DNA from: Octopus sinensis
Taxonomy: Eukaryota
Length of the DNA stretch: 64,000 nt
Direction of reading: 5' to 3'
Assembly: GCF_006345805.1 (NCBI RefSeq)
Contig: NC_043012.1
Span: forward strand, 42,160,001-42,224,000
Shown here one piece after another: positions 38,012 to 51,089 of the stretch; position 1 is the first letter of the stretch, and each line of letters begins with the position of its first letter. A model generated the notes under the pieces. That model searched no databases, was not told where the DNA came from, and was given only the letters and a program-made list of their open reading frames with translations. Position numbers and translations under genes: made by a program.

Positions 38012-38976
38012 ATGTATAAATATATATATATGTGTGTGTGTGAATAGGTGCAATTGTGGCGGTTGGGTCATTAAAATGTAGCCTCATCTCTCCAAACAAT
38101 CTTTATCGGAAGTTTGCCAAGGATCCCTCTCAGAACGCCACTCTTCATTAAGAGCGTGAACCAGTCTTGGAAAGTTACTTTTTCAATGATAGCGTTTCAA
38201 AATGCCAAGGACGCATGGTTTTGTAATTCCTATGTCACGACCCGCTTGCCGCATAGATTTACCTGAACGCTGGCAATAAATTATTTCTAATGGGTTAAAT
38301 CTAAAATGAAATGAAAATTGAGTTATCAGTTGTTAAAATGTATAAGCATGTTTTTCTTTTATTGTACGGATGGGTGGGGAACCCTGGATATTACTTCTCA
38401 CACAGCTGGAATTTACCTCAGTTTCGCGCTTTTCGCGTTCACCGAGGCAACAATTAAATAGACAAGGAAACAGACAGACAGACAGCTAGATGGATAGACA
38501 GACAGACAGATAGATAAGTAATAGTGTGTTTTCGTTTAAATATGAACGAGAATAAAAAAAAATACAAGCAAATTAGTAAATCTCTCAAACATTACTTTTC
38601 TGTATAATTACCGCTTTCATCTGTTCTGGAGATTTTCAAATTCGCTAATTTACTTGTTGCAAGATCAGCGACTGTGTGTCACTTGATCTCTAAATACTAC
38701 GAGCTGGAGTGAACTACTGCTATCTCTAGTGGACCAGTATCCACCACCGAGGATGACAACAAAAAGATCGAAACCGTACAGTCTAGTGGTCTCGTGGCTG
38801 GAAGATAGTAGGGAGTTCAATCTCCTGCTTGTAATATATATCGGGTGCATATTGCATCGAATAAACAGTTGGAGAAGGCGTCCTCCTGGGGTTAAAAATA
38901 GCAGTAACGTCAGTTCCTAAGTAACAGCCATGTTTAAGTAGCTTTTAAAAAATTTATAGCGAAATGTATATATATA

Positions 38977-39019
<43 letters not shown>

Positions 39020-39027
39020 TATACATA

Positions 39028-39074
<47 letters not shown>

Positions 39075-39079
<5 letters not shown>

Positions 39080-39837
39080 AGATAAGAATACATCTAAATC
39101 AAATATCAATTACCAGATAATACTCAATCACATACTTTATTAAACCACCACATAAGAGACTGTAGGGTTAAATATAAAAAGCAGAACAAATCAGTGTACA
39201 TAAAGGAATGTACATAAAAAAAGTGTACATAAGAGAGTAATGTTGTGTAATAATTAGAATATATATAAAAAGGAATATAAATACAAGTAAATATAAACAT
39301 AAGTATAAATTAGATCTTACAGCTGTTTCGGCCATGTCGATAATTATGTCTCATTTTACCAATTTTACCTATTGGTAAAATGAGACATAATTATCGACAT
39401 GGCCGAAACAGCTGTAAAATCTAATTTATACTTATGTTTATATTTACTTGTATTTATATTCCTTTTTATATATATTCTAATTATTACACAACATTACTCT
39501 TTTATGTACACTTTTTTATGTACATTCCTTTATGTACACTGATTTGTTCTGCTTTTTATATTTAACCCTACAGTCTCTTATGTGGTGGTTTAATAAAGTA
39601 TGTGATTGAGTATTATCTGGTAATTGATATTTGATTTAGATGTATTTCTCCATTTTCTTATCTTGTATTAGTAATTTGTGGTAAATCATTTTACCTTTGC
39701 CCATATAATACAGTAAATGAATTGATTGCATCGCAATCATTAACATTTATGTATTAACTTTGTTGGGTACTTCACTAGCAGTATATTGGATATACGTTAT
39801 CCCATAGAGGGTTGCATTTACAACCCCTATCTCAATT

Positions 39838-39840
<3 letters not shown>
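39075..39840 (+). mobile_element. Fold-back element, Penelope pLTR-like, with hammerhead 3' half
   Basis: Arms 39075-39363 and 39371-39668 with a 7-nt loop. GGCC-GAAA-CAGCTG-TA lies at 39401-39416, and the unique tail 39669-39840 is homologous to 6355-6519 (inverse). Confidence 0.82.
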
Positions 39841-39916
<76 letters not shown>

Positions 39917-40292
39917 ATGTATATACATACATGTATATGTATTTATATACGTATTCACATATATATATATGTATGGAGAAGACGGAGCTACTTAGCCATG
40001 ATGAGGGCAACCCATCTAGAAGGAAAGCTCTGATATAAAACCAGTTGATGTGCACTATCAGCATCTACTTACTTAGTCTGGGTTTTGTAGCTTTTGAACA
40101 ACTAGATTAGGAAAATGCCACCCTGATCTCAAATCTATGATCAATTTAGCATCTGACACGTGGCACACTGTGCACCAGTACAGGTAAATGCTTGTTTGAT
40201 TGAGAGAGTGTGCATTGTGCTGCACAAGCAATGACTGCTGTAAACAATACCATGTTCAGGTAGTTCAGTAATACACTATCAGCAAATACCAA

Positions 40293-40488
40293 GGCGGCGA
40301 GCTGGCAGAATCGTTAGCACGCTGGGCAAAATGCGTTGCCGTATTTCGTCTGCCGTTACGTTCTGAGTTCAAATTCCGCCGAGGTCGACTTTGCCTTTCA
40401 TCCTTTCGGGGTCGATAAATTAAGTACCAGTTACGCACTGGGATCGATATCTGTCCTTGTTTGTCCCCTCTGTGTTTAGCCCCTTTAG
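40293..40488 (+). mobile_element. tRNA-derived SINE (family B)
   Basis: GGCGGCGAGCTGGCAGAATCGTTAGCACG...GAGTTCAAATTCCGCCGAGGTCGACTTTGCC... Confidence 0.85.
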
Positions 40489-40859
40489 CATGTTTTCATG
40501 GTGAGAGTCTAACGCTCCCCCACCCCACAACAACACACACTAAAAATATCCTATGATGATAAAGGGGCAGCGACGGAAACAGGTGAAGAATGTCACTGGA
40601 AGTTCTTAGCTTGCATTTTGCTCATCGGTGGTGAAAGGTAGATGGCCGCTTTACACAAAATCTGAAGGTAATTGTGTAATTCGTGTCCTCCTTTAACAAT
40701 AAATAGCCCTGTTTAGGATGACACTGGTTTCCTCCTATGGAGATGGGGGTCAAGAAAATGCGACCCAAAAATTGTTTACTCGCATTGCTCCTTGTCATTA
40801 GGTACTAATGACTGGGCACCAAAACCTGCATCAGAAAATTAAACAAATTGAAACAGAAA

Positions 40860-41420
40860 ACCTCTTTATTGCATCTTGGAATTTGAGAACTCTTCAGGAG
40901 AGCAAGAAAAATATAGACCGCTTTGGCTGCCCGTGACTTGAGGAAAAAAACATTGGAGTAGCAGCTCTTTCAGAAACCAAATTAGCGGTCCACAGCTACA
41001 ATAAGTTGATGGTGGATACACTTTTTTCTGGATGGGTAAGTCTGAGAAAGTAAAGTAAGAAGCAGGTGTTGTGTTTGCTGTTCGGAATGATCTAGTGAAA
41101 CAACTTGAATCTCTGCCTGTTGGTATTAGTGAAAGACTCATGCTATTGCTCATCTGCATTGGCAAAAATAAACATGCAACTATTTTCAGCTGCTATGCTC
41201 TAACCATGAACTCAAAAGAGCAGTTCTACTCCGAGCTACGTAGCCAGATGAGAGGTGTCTCCATCCATGATAAACTTCTCCTGGGTGATTTCAATGCGCG
41301 TGTAGGCTGGGATACATTCATACGGAGTGACGTAATAGGGAAGCATGGGATTGGCGAGGCAAACTCAAACCGCCACCTGCTGCCTTCACTTTGCAGTGAG
41401 TATGGGATTTTGAAGCATCC
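40860..41420 (+). pseudogene. RTE-clade LINE APE-endonuclease fragment
   Basis: IASWNLRTL...VAALSETK...GVVFAVRNDL...SCYALT...LLGDFNARVG...GKHGIGEANSN (partly ORF 41071..41526), with stops and frameshifts. Confidence 0.8.
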
Positions 41421-41862
41421 CCGATCAAACCATTACCATCTCGTTGATTGCATAAATGTGATGCCTTCCATTATATATAACTATATATATGTAATTTCAG
41501 TATCATGGCTTTCTACATGTAAATGAGAGAAACGGGTGATTATAGATGGGTACTCCCGAGTGGAATCTGGGTGTTATCCATTCGAATTTACGGTTGAGGG
41601 TGGATTTGTATTCCTGTATATAGACAGCTTCAGTGTCATGCCTCAGCATTGCATCTGTGGCGTATATTTAGATAAGATGTCTAACCTAAGTCTCCCTAAG
41701 GAGCCATTGTGGCAGTCTACAGCATACTGATAGAAGATGGAGTATATATATGTCTATGTATACACATACATACACACACATATATATACATACTTATGTA
41801 TATATATATATATATATATATAACATGAAAACACAAAGAGAAAACACAATACGAGGACATGG

Positions 41863-41897
<35 letters not shown>

Positions 41898-42382
41898 GCA
41901 TATGTATGTATATATATGTGTGTGTGTGTGTGAGCGTGTATACATACATACACTCACCACCACACGTACGCATACACGCACACACTCATCTACAGTTGCA
42001 TTATGTTGCAGTGATCCATCAAGGCCGGGTATCAGAGTTCAGTGAAATGTTGAGAATTTATTCAAAGTTGTATGTGTGACGTGGGGGGGGGCAGTCAGTG
42101 GCGTAGCGCAGTGTGGTTTGTGTGACAGGAGCGGGTGTGCAACCGTCAACTAGACAATGATTTTCATCCTACAGACTTTTGTCAGCTGACTCTCTCTCTC
42201 TCTCTCTCTCGCTCTTTCTCTCATTCTCCCTCACTCACTCTTGCTTTCCCTCACCTACTCACTCTCACTCCCACTTGATCCCCCTTCAGTTATGTTGAAT
42301 AATTCTAGGTGCGGCCGCCTTTGTACATGTTAAGCATGTTGTGTATATACGTATGCATATATACAAACATATATATACGTAC

Positions 42383-42414
<32 letters not shown>

Positions 42415-42416
<2 letters not shown>

Positions 42417-42793
42417 CAATAATAAATCTCTGAACGAGATGTAAACAGTAACTGCTCGACAACGTAAAGTATACTAGCCATCTCAATATGGCTAACCACT
42501 AAGGGTGGGTGTTACTGTGGGTGTTTAGCCCCAGGAGATCATCGTCTCCAGCTGGCTTTAGGCACACTTTCTGTGTGCTAAAAGCTACAATAACACCCAC
42601 CCTTAGTGGTTAGCCATATTGAGATGGCTAGTATACTTTACGTTGTCGAGCAGTTACTGTTTACATCTCGTTCAGAGATTTATTATTGCTTGCAGACAGT
42701 TTTTCGAAATCAGTGATGGAAGTTACTAGAAAAACCTATAAGTATTAGCAAACAAGTCTCCCTTTCATCGAAAACCGGTGTTTTGACTCGTCT
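42415..42793. mobile_element. Second copy (diverged subfamily) of the 354-bp fold-back family, left part
   Basis: Inverted arms ~42415-42530 and ~42577-42690, then the monomer start TGCAGACAGTTTTTCGAAATCAG...GAAAACCGGTGTTT, homologous to 33519-33612. Confidence 0.82.
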
Positions 42794-45700
42794 AGGGACC
42801 CCTCTTTCATCTGCGTATTGAGAAGTTAGCTGCCTATTTTGTTGAGTGAGTTCGTTTTTTGTTCGTCGTTGTTGTGTTTGCTCGTGAATTGAACAGTTGT
42901 CCGTTGTGTGACAGTAATTTTCGCCCTACGGGGTTGAAAATTCTGTGTATAAACATTGTTATTACCTTCGGGGTAATTTTTTTTTTTTTTTATTGGAAAA
43001 TTGGTTCTCATAATTTGAGAAATGGAGTTCGACTTGGCGTCGAGGAGCGACTTTCCCGTGATGGGAAAAGGCGAACAGAAGGATATCGAGGTTAGAAAAC
43101 AGTCTTTCTCGGCCGCAGTGGGCGGAACCGTAACGGAAGTGGAATTCAAAATAGAACAGTTGTTCGAATACCGGAACTTGGTCAAAAAGGAAGGCAACGA
43201 AATAACACTGGTACCGCCGCAAGCGATATTACAGAAAATAAAGGCCAAGACAGTCGTGTACAAGGTTTACAGTAACAAAGAGAAAAAAATAATGGACGTG
43301 AAGAACGAAATAGTAGAGAAGTGCTTGTCCCCGGTTGGAGCAAAATTCGCTACGTCGGTCGAGGTGCCCGCAGCGCTACCGTTGAAGTACATTTCGACTC
43401 GGCTGATGTGGCAAGAGAGATTTCATCGATGACCTTAAAAAGTGAGGACATCATGTTACTACCTACCTATATGGGCAAAAGAACTGCGAAACTATATGTG
43501 GAAGACATTCCAAGAGGATATGATATAATGTGGGTAGCAGCGGCGGTTCTGCACGACGTAGAGCAGAAGGTCTCAATTTTGCAGATGAAAAGGAAAGAGG
43601 AGGTAAACTGGAAGGGACAAGCGCTCGAACTGCATAAAAAAAAGAAAAACAGCGAAGTGCTTCATACACAGAAAAAGAAAAGGCGGAAAAAGACCCCAAG
43701 ACTGCGACAAGGAAGGGAATCGAAACGGAAGATAAAAATGAACAAATGGAATTTACACAGGTGACACACAAAAGAAAAAAAGAAAATACCCTGGACTCCC
43801 CTCCCCAAACAAAGAAAAAATCAGCAAACACCGCAGAGATACATACAAAACAAATTCCCCAGCCCTACCCCCACGGCACTGTATTCATTGGAACACAGTT
43901 CGCCAAGCCCCTCCCCATAAAACAAGATTGGAAAAATTTATTTAAAAAAATGAAAAGATTGTAGCATTCGACGAGAGAAACGATAGAGTGTTCAAGTATT
44001 TAAAATTTTCAAAACTGAAATTATTCAGTAAGTCTGCAGACACTAAGTCGACCACTCGTTTTGCAAAAATAAAGGAAGACGAGTGGAAGGAAAAAACACT
44101 CCAAGAACATTTAAAAAATAACCTTATCAGAGACGTAACTAACGAAATACTGGAGGGCAAACTTACCATAACCCCGGCAACCACACCTACCCAGAGCCTG
44201 ATGGCAACGCCGGTTAAGAGCCCTGCAGCTACGACCACAAGGGAGGAAGAAGGGGAAGCATGCAGATTTAAACTGTCAAGCTCCCTGTACCAACCGTAAG
44301 TTGTTTTTTTTCTCTCTCTCTCCGACAATGGCAAAGCTGGGTTGTGTGAATGTGCGTGGAATGGGGTCGAAATGGAAACAAATTTGTCTCCTGAACGACC
44401 TCACGACACACGGAGTGGACGTAGCTATAGTAACCGAGTCCAAGATGAACGGGGCCCAAGCGTTCTCGCCTCTTCTAAATGGTTTCGAGAAATTTATTTC
44501 TCCTAGCCGAGGAGGAGGAAGGGGCGTGGCAGTCCTTATCAGGAAGAGCTTGGACTTGCAGGTAAGTACAGTCTTTCTGGACCCAGAAGGCAGGCTGGTC
44601 GTTCTGGATATGACCCACGTAAGTAAACAGTCCTTCAGGTTGGTAGCTGTCTACGCTCCGAATGTGTGTAGGCAGTCGGGTTTTTTTCGGAATCTGGAGC
44701 ACTTTTTAGTGACGTCGAAAACGGTAGTCTTAGTAGGGGACTTTAAGACTGTCCTCGAAGCGCGGGTCGACAGTGTTGGCTCAACCAATAGGAAGGGGTA
44801 CCCTAGCCTCAAGGGTCTACTAGAGAGCTTTAATCTAGTAGACCGTTATCGACTGGATGAGCCGAGCGTTCCACAGTGGACGTGGAGTAACAACGACGGC
44901 TCACGCAGATCGTATATAGATAGGATATTCGTTAGGAAAAGAGATAAGGATACGTTTAGTTGTCCACAGTTTCACATTGTGCCTTACACGGATCACAAAT
45001 TTGTGACTTGTAGGGTGCAATTAGATAAGTGTCATAGACAGGGGCCCGGGTACTGGAAGCTGAACAAGTCTATTTTGAATTGTGAAGACTTCCGTACCCG
45101 GATTAAGGTGTTAGTACAGAGGGCATTATGTGGCACCATCATTAACAATAGATGGTGGCACTCTCTCAAAAGAGCCATTCGTTCAGAGTCCATTAGATTT
45201 AGCAATCAGCTATGGTTAGATAGGTCTAGGATAGAGGACGATTTAGTTAAGAATCTAAACGAGGCAATGAAATCTGGCTCTGCATCCGGAGTGACGGCGG
45301 CAAGGACGGTATTGTGCCGTCACCTTAACTCCAAATACGAAGGTTGCAGAGTTAGAGCTAAGATACGCGCTGGGAAACGAGAAGGTATTAACGTGGCCGG
45401 ATGGGTCCGTCGAGTGGAGAGTCAGAGAGGCAACAAAGCTTCAATCAAGTCTTTAACTGACGAACAGGGACACAAGATCTATGGACAGGAGGAGATGCAA
45501 AAGTTTCTTCACCAGCATTTCGCCCGCGCGTTCGGGGGTGGTGGTTCGCTGGAGCGGGGGTGGGCCTTAAAGGACTTCCTAACCGGCGGACCGCGGCTCT
45601 CGGGGCGTGAGGTGGAGTGCTGTGAAGGAGCGATGTATAGCGGCATCAAGTCCACCGTCCAGATAAACGGTTACCTAACGGAACCGTTTTCGATCGAATG

Positions 45701-45986
45701 TTCAGTTCGTCAAGGGTGCCCCTTGTCACCACTTTTGTACGTGTTGGCTCTCGAGCCATTGCTGCGAAAGTTGGAGAGGCTGGGAAGTAACCCGGATGAG
45801 ATCGGAGGCGGGAGGACGGTTTCTGCTTATGCGGATGACGTCACCCTCATCATGTCCAATGAGGTTCAGCTACCTTGTGTAGAAGATGCTATCAGAGGAT
45901 ACGAGGCGGTGGCAGGAGCAAAAGTTAACAAGGACAAGTCGATTGGCTTACGCCTCGGCACCTGGAGGAGCAAGTCGATATCGTCC
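42794..45986 (+). mobile_element. L1/Tx1-clade LINE fragment (5' UTR, broken ORF1, ORF2 with internal deletion, 3'-truncated)
   Basis: ORF1 pieces 43022-44299. ORF2 from ATG 44328 has APE motifs (VNVRG, TESK, VYAPN, VGDF, IDRIFV, TDH, GYWKLN), then jumps at ~45630 to the RT core (VRQGCPLSPLLY, AYADDVT, VNKDKS). There is no 3' end or poly(A). Confidence 0.9.
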
Positions 45987-46099
45987 ATGGCGTGTCGCTT
46001 AGGTTTACGGGAGAGGGTTGACCTCCCTTTGCAAATACCATAAGGACACAGAAAGTGTGCCTAAAGCCAGCTGGAGACGATGATCTCCTGGGGCTAAAA

Positions 46100-46100
<1 letters not shown>
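45987..46100 (+). mobile_element. Right part of the 42415 fold-back-family copy
   Basis: CTTAGGTTT...CCTCCCTTTGCAAATA...GGGGCTAAAA is collinear with 33665-33768. 46047-46099 is the inverse of ~42525-42577. Confidence 0.8.
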
Positions 46101-46140
<40 letters not shown>

Positions 46141-46153
46141 GCATAAATACACA

Positions 46154-46560
46154 TACGACGTCGGATCAATAAGTATCCGGACTGTTGCTATAGTAACGAA
46201 GCTAAAGCACGCAGAGTGAAGTTGCTTGTCACAGATCAACCTTAAACTCTGCTGTGCATGCGCACAAAGTTTTAACGTTCTAGCTGACCTCTACTTTTTA
46301 CAGAATTGCTTGAAAGGAAGGCGTGTAACGTGTGATCGTCGCATTGACCATGAGAGAGAGACGCCTACGCAAGGTTACAGAAAGCGTGTGGAGAGTAGTG
46401 TATGAGCCTCACACAAGTGTACGAGTTTTTCAGACGTTTCCAGGATAGCCGAAAAAATGTCCATATTGACGAACGTTCTGGGAGGCCCTCAACTAGCAGA
46501 ACTGAGAAAAACATTGCAGATGTGCGTGTAGCTGTGAGAGGAAATTGTGGAATCACCATC
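46154..46560 (+). mobile_element. mariner 5' TIR plus N-terminal transposase fragment
   Basis: TACGACGTCGGATCAATAAGTATCCGGACT TIR. Translation MSLTQVYEFFRRFQDSRKNVHIDERSGRPSTSRT (mariner HTH region). Confidence 0.8.
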
Positions 46561-46869
46561 ATACATACCTATTGCTACACGTATATACGTATACACATTC
46601 ATACAGATATACATACGCATACACACATGCACAACCACATACATACAGCTTTCGTGTTCTATGTTTAAATGTCCATAAAAAACAGATACTCTAAAAATAA
46701 AAATGAAAAACGATATCTAAAGACAACACCCCTCATATTTTTATTTGATTCCCCACCTCTCTTTGGAAATCTGTTACTTTTACCAGTTCAGTAAAATAAA
46801 ATAAAATATAATGATAACAACAACAACAACAACAATAATAATAATGATAATAATAATAGACTGAGAGCA

Positions 46870-47520
46870 AGACCAAGCTTTGGCCACGAACTGGAGGGTC
46901 AACCTTAGGAATGAGTTAGTGTTTCTGCTGTGCCACATCAGCAATAGAGTGGATGAAATCATTGCCCATATCACGAACGCACGCCCTAGACTTGCCCAAA
47001 ACCACTATGAGTTGTGGCAGCACGACCAGGTAGCGAAAGTGCTAAATTGGAAAGTGTGCAGAAAGTGCAGGCTAAAGAGAGGCAAGACGTGGTATGAGCA
47101 CAAACCGCCGAGAGTGGCGGAGTCGGAGGCTAACAAAATCCTCGGGGCTTTCCCAATCCAAGCAGATCAGGTACAAACCGGACCTAGTGGTGGTAGATAA
47201 GGTGCACCACATATGCTATATAGTTGACCCATAGTTGGCCCCTTTGATGCACGAAAAGTCAAGAACAAAGGCGAAAAGATAGATAGATACAACCCTCTTA
47301 AGTACGAAAGAGCCCAGCTTTGGAAAATAAAGAAGGTGAAGATATCTTGGACGTGGCAATTAAAGCCCAAAACCATCCCTGTTGCTGAAGGTGCCCTGGC
47401 AATGATCAAGATGGGTGCTGACAAATTTGTTAACCAGATCCATTGGAAACCAACAATTTATGAAACTCTAAAACTTGTGTTGACATCATCCGCCCACATT
47501 CTCAGGAATGCAATACAATC
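46870..47520 (+). pseudogene. Old R4/Dong-type RLE LINE 3' fragment in (AAT)n
   Basis: IAHIT..PRL...HDQVAKVLNWKVC...WYEHKP...GPDLVVVDK...KIDRY..L...PVAEGAL...KLVLTSSAHILR, followed by (AAT)n. Confidence 0.7.
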
Positions 47521-47524
47521 GGAA

Positions 47525-47578
<54 letters not shown>

Positions 47579-47595
47579 TAATAATAATAATATTA

Positions 47596-47666
<71 letters not shown>

Positions 47667-47680
47667 CATTATTATTATAA
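47525..47680. repeat. Head-to-head (AAT)n/(ATT)n microsatellite
   Basis: An AAT run switches to an ATT run at ~47592. Confidence 0.9.
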
Positions 47681-48296
47681 TACAGTACCAGGCAGTGACT
47701 AAATGCCTTGATGCAGTACCAGGCAGTGGCTCTCATGGCTTCTCGTCTTAACCTATTGGAAGTGTTATCATGTACATAGTTTTGTTTTGGTATAAACGAT
47801 GAGCTACAGCAAATATTCTGCTCAATACCACAGATTTGCTTGTCAGTTGTTTGACCTTAACCATTTGAGCATGTCCTTTGGTGGCTGACGATATGTGCAT
47901 CTCTGACCACGAGCAGAAGTAGTGGGAAAACATCATAGCCATGTGTTGAGAGGGATTCTTTGGGGTTTGAATAATTCAACTCTGGAAATATATTTCATTC
48001 AACATTCTTAAACAACTTTTATTCAAGGACCATTTGAACGGGATGGGCTACTCGACCTGAAGAAAAATTTAACTGGGCCCCGCCTTCAAGGTCATGCGCT
48101 GTTTATCTTGATATGAGATTACCATGTCGCACACATATGGCTGTGATGCATGTGCCTGGTGTACCCCTATCAGACGGGTAATCATGATAGGTATACTGGG
48201 CTTCGTATATTTTACCCCAGTGTCAATTTGATGGCATGCTCTGCTCTTTCACTTAATAATAATAAAAGTAATAATAATAAAAATAATAATAATAAT

Positions 48297-48353
<57 letters not shown>

Positions 48354-48358
<5 letters not shown>

Positions 48359-51049
48359 GATTTGCCGGAGATAAAAGAAAAGCTGAAGCAAGATATCCTT
48401 GCCAAAGCTCAAAGGATCCGCCGGTACGAGAAACGCCAACGCTTCTTTGAACAGAACAAAAAGTTCAACTCCGACCCCAAAAAGTTCTACCAAGAACTGG
48501 GCAAAAATAAAATAGAAGTCACTGCAGCACCAACGGCAGAAGAATTGGAAGAATTCTGGAGAGAAATATGGTCGGCGAACGAACAGCCAAAAAGAAGGAG
48601 TATGAAAATAACAAACTCGGCATCTGAACAACTTTGGACCCCCATAACAACTGAAGAGGTCACCCAGGCACTGCAAAAACTAAGCAACTGGAAGGCACCT
48701 GGGCATGACAAGATCCCCAACTTCTGGTTGAAATATCTAACAGGAATGCACAAAAAGCTGGCTGAAAACTTTAACAGCATACTAGCAGAGCCAGAGACAA
48801 TGCCTGAATGGCTCACGAAGGGGAAAACCATCTTAATTCCCAAATCAAATGAAACAACAAAACCAGAAAACTACAGACCAATAACCTGCCTCCCTACTAT
48901 GTTCAAGGCATTTACTGCAGTGATATCGCAAAGGCTGAACAAGCACCTGGACGAAAACAAACTGTTCCCAGAAGAGCAGAAAGGATGCCGCAAAGGCTCA
49001 TATGGCTGTAAAGATCAACTAATGATTAATAAAGCCGTAACTGAAGACAGCCACAGAAAGAAGAAAGGCCTCAGTATGGCCTGGATTGACTACAAAAAGG
49101 CGTTTGATAGCATCCCCCACACATGGATCCTCGAAACACTAGCCATTAACAAAGTAGCACCAACAATCATAAAATTCATAGAGCACTCTATGAATAAATG
49201 GCAAACAGTCCTACACCTCCAAACAAAAGAGGGACTCATGAAAACCAAAGACATCCCCATTAGAAGAGGAATATTCCAGGGAGACACGCTCTCTCCACTC
49301 CTTTTCTGCTTGGCACTGTCACCTCTATCTGATATGCTAAATAGAACTGGATGCGGATATAAATGTTACGGCAAAACGATCAGCCACCTTTTATATATGG
49401 ATGACCTAAAACTATTCGCTGCAAATGACAAACAGCTGGAAACACTATTAAAGACAGTTCATGGATTTACCAAAGAAATAGATATGAAATTTGGATTAGA
49501 AAAATGCGCCAAAGTAACCATGAAAAGAGGAAAACTAGTTAAGAGTAACAACATCACACTAGATAAAACCAATGAAATAAAAGAATTAGACCAAAGCCAA
49601 ACTTACAAATACTTAGGAATCCATGAACTAGATAAGACACAACACACACAAATGAAAGAGAAAATAAAAAAAGAATATTATAGACGAGTTAGATCAATAC
49701 TAAAAACAGAGCTCAATGCTAAAAACAAGATAATAGGTATCAACACTTTAGCTGTCCCAGTTATAAGTTACAGCTACAATATCCTTAACTGGACACGAAA
49801 TGAACTGTCCAAAATAGATAGGAAAACAAGAAAAATACTGACAGGATCTAGGATGCATCACCCAAAATCTGACATAGAAAGACTATATATACAACGTATA
49901 GAAGGTGGTAGAGGCCTTATACAGCTGGAAAACTACTATAAAATAACCACCATAGGACTGCAAGAATACTTACTTCAGAAGGAAGGAAAACTGATCCAGA
50001 TAGCAGCAAAACACGAGCAAAACAAAAAACTGTTCTCAGTATTTAAGGAAGCTGACAAATACAAACAAGAAATCATACCACCTAATAAACACAAAGAAGA
50101 AGAAGAAGATGATGAAGAAACAGCAAAAGCTATAAAACAAATGAAATCCAAACTAAAAATAGAACAGCAACGAGCCATGATAAAACGATGACAAGAAAAG
50201 CCCCTTCATGGTAAATACTGCACTAAACTAAACGCAAAAGAAATAGACAAAGAAAAATCCCAGCAATGGTTGAGAAGCTCAGGACTCAAAGCAGAAACAG
50301 AGGGATTTTTAATTGCAGCACAAGACCAAAGCCTCCCCACCAGAAATTACCAAAAACATGTAATGAAAAGAAATATTACAAGTAACTGCAGAATATGTGG
50401 GGATGGACAAGAAACAATAAATCATATTAACTCTAGCTGCCCAGTCCTGGCTAAGAAGGAATATATTCACAGACATGACAGAGTTGGAACCTACATACAT
50501 TGGAAGCTATGCCAACATTATGGAATAACAACAGAAAAAAGATGGTATAGGCACACACCAGAAAAGGTCACAGAAAACGAGAAAGCAACCATACTCTGGG
50601 ATATGCCGATACACACAGATAGAGAAATTAAGGCCAACAGACCAGATATAGTTGTCAGAGATCATGAAGAAAAAAAATGCTTTCTAATTGATGTATCAAT
50701 ACCGGCAGATGACAACGTGTCTCTAAAAGAAATGGAGAAACTCTCAAAATACAAAGACCTGGAAATAGAGATAACTAGAATGTGGAACCTGAAAACAGAA
50801 ACAATTCCTATCATAGTAGGTGCATTAGGCATGATAAAAAATATTCAGACAAATACATAACAAAAACACCAGGACTTACAAACACATATAACATACAGAA
50901 AATTGCACTACTAGGCACTGCACACATCCTACGCAGAACACTTTCCATACAATAACCATCAGAGCATCACAACAAATCACAGCACATACCCAAGGCACAC
51001 AGAGCTGCGCTCGGTAGTGAAGTGAAAGCACGCTATAAAAATAAAACTA

Positions 51050-51052
<3 letters not shown>
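48354..51052 (+). mobile_element. R4/Dong-clade non-LTR retrotransposon (RT + CCHC + RLE), 5'-truncated, inserted in (AAT)n
   Basis: ORF 48362..50191 has RT motifs (KAPGHD, YRPITCL, IDYKKAFDS, GIFQGDTLSP, LYMDDLKL, YKYLG, GGRGL). A single TGA precedes ORF 50270..50860 with CRIC..ETINHINSSC and RPDIVV...LIDVSIP...KY.DL (PD-(D/E)xK). (AAT)n lies on both sides. Confidence 0.93.
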
Positions 51053-51089
<37 letters not shown>

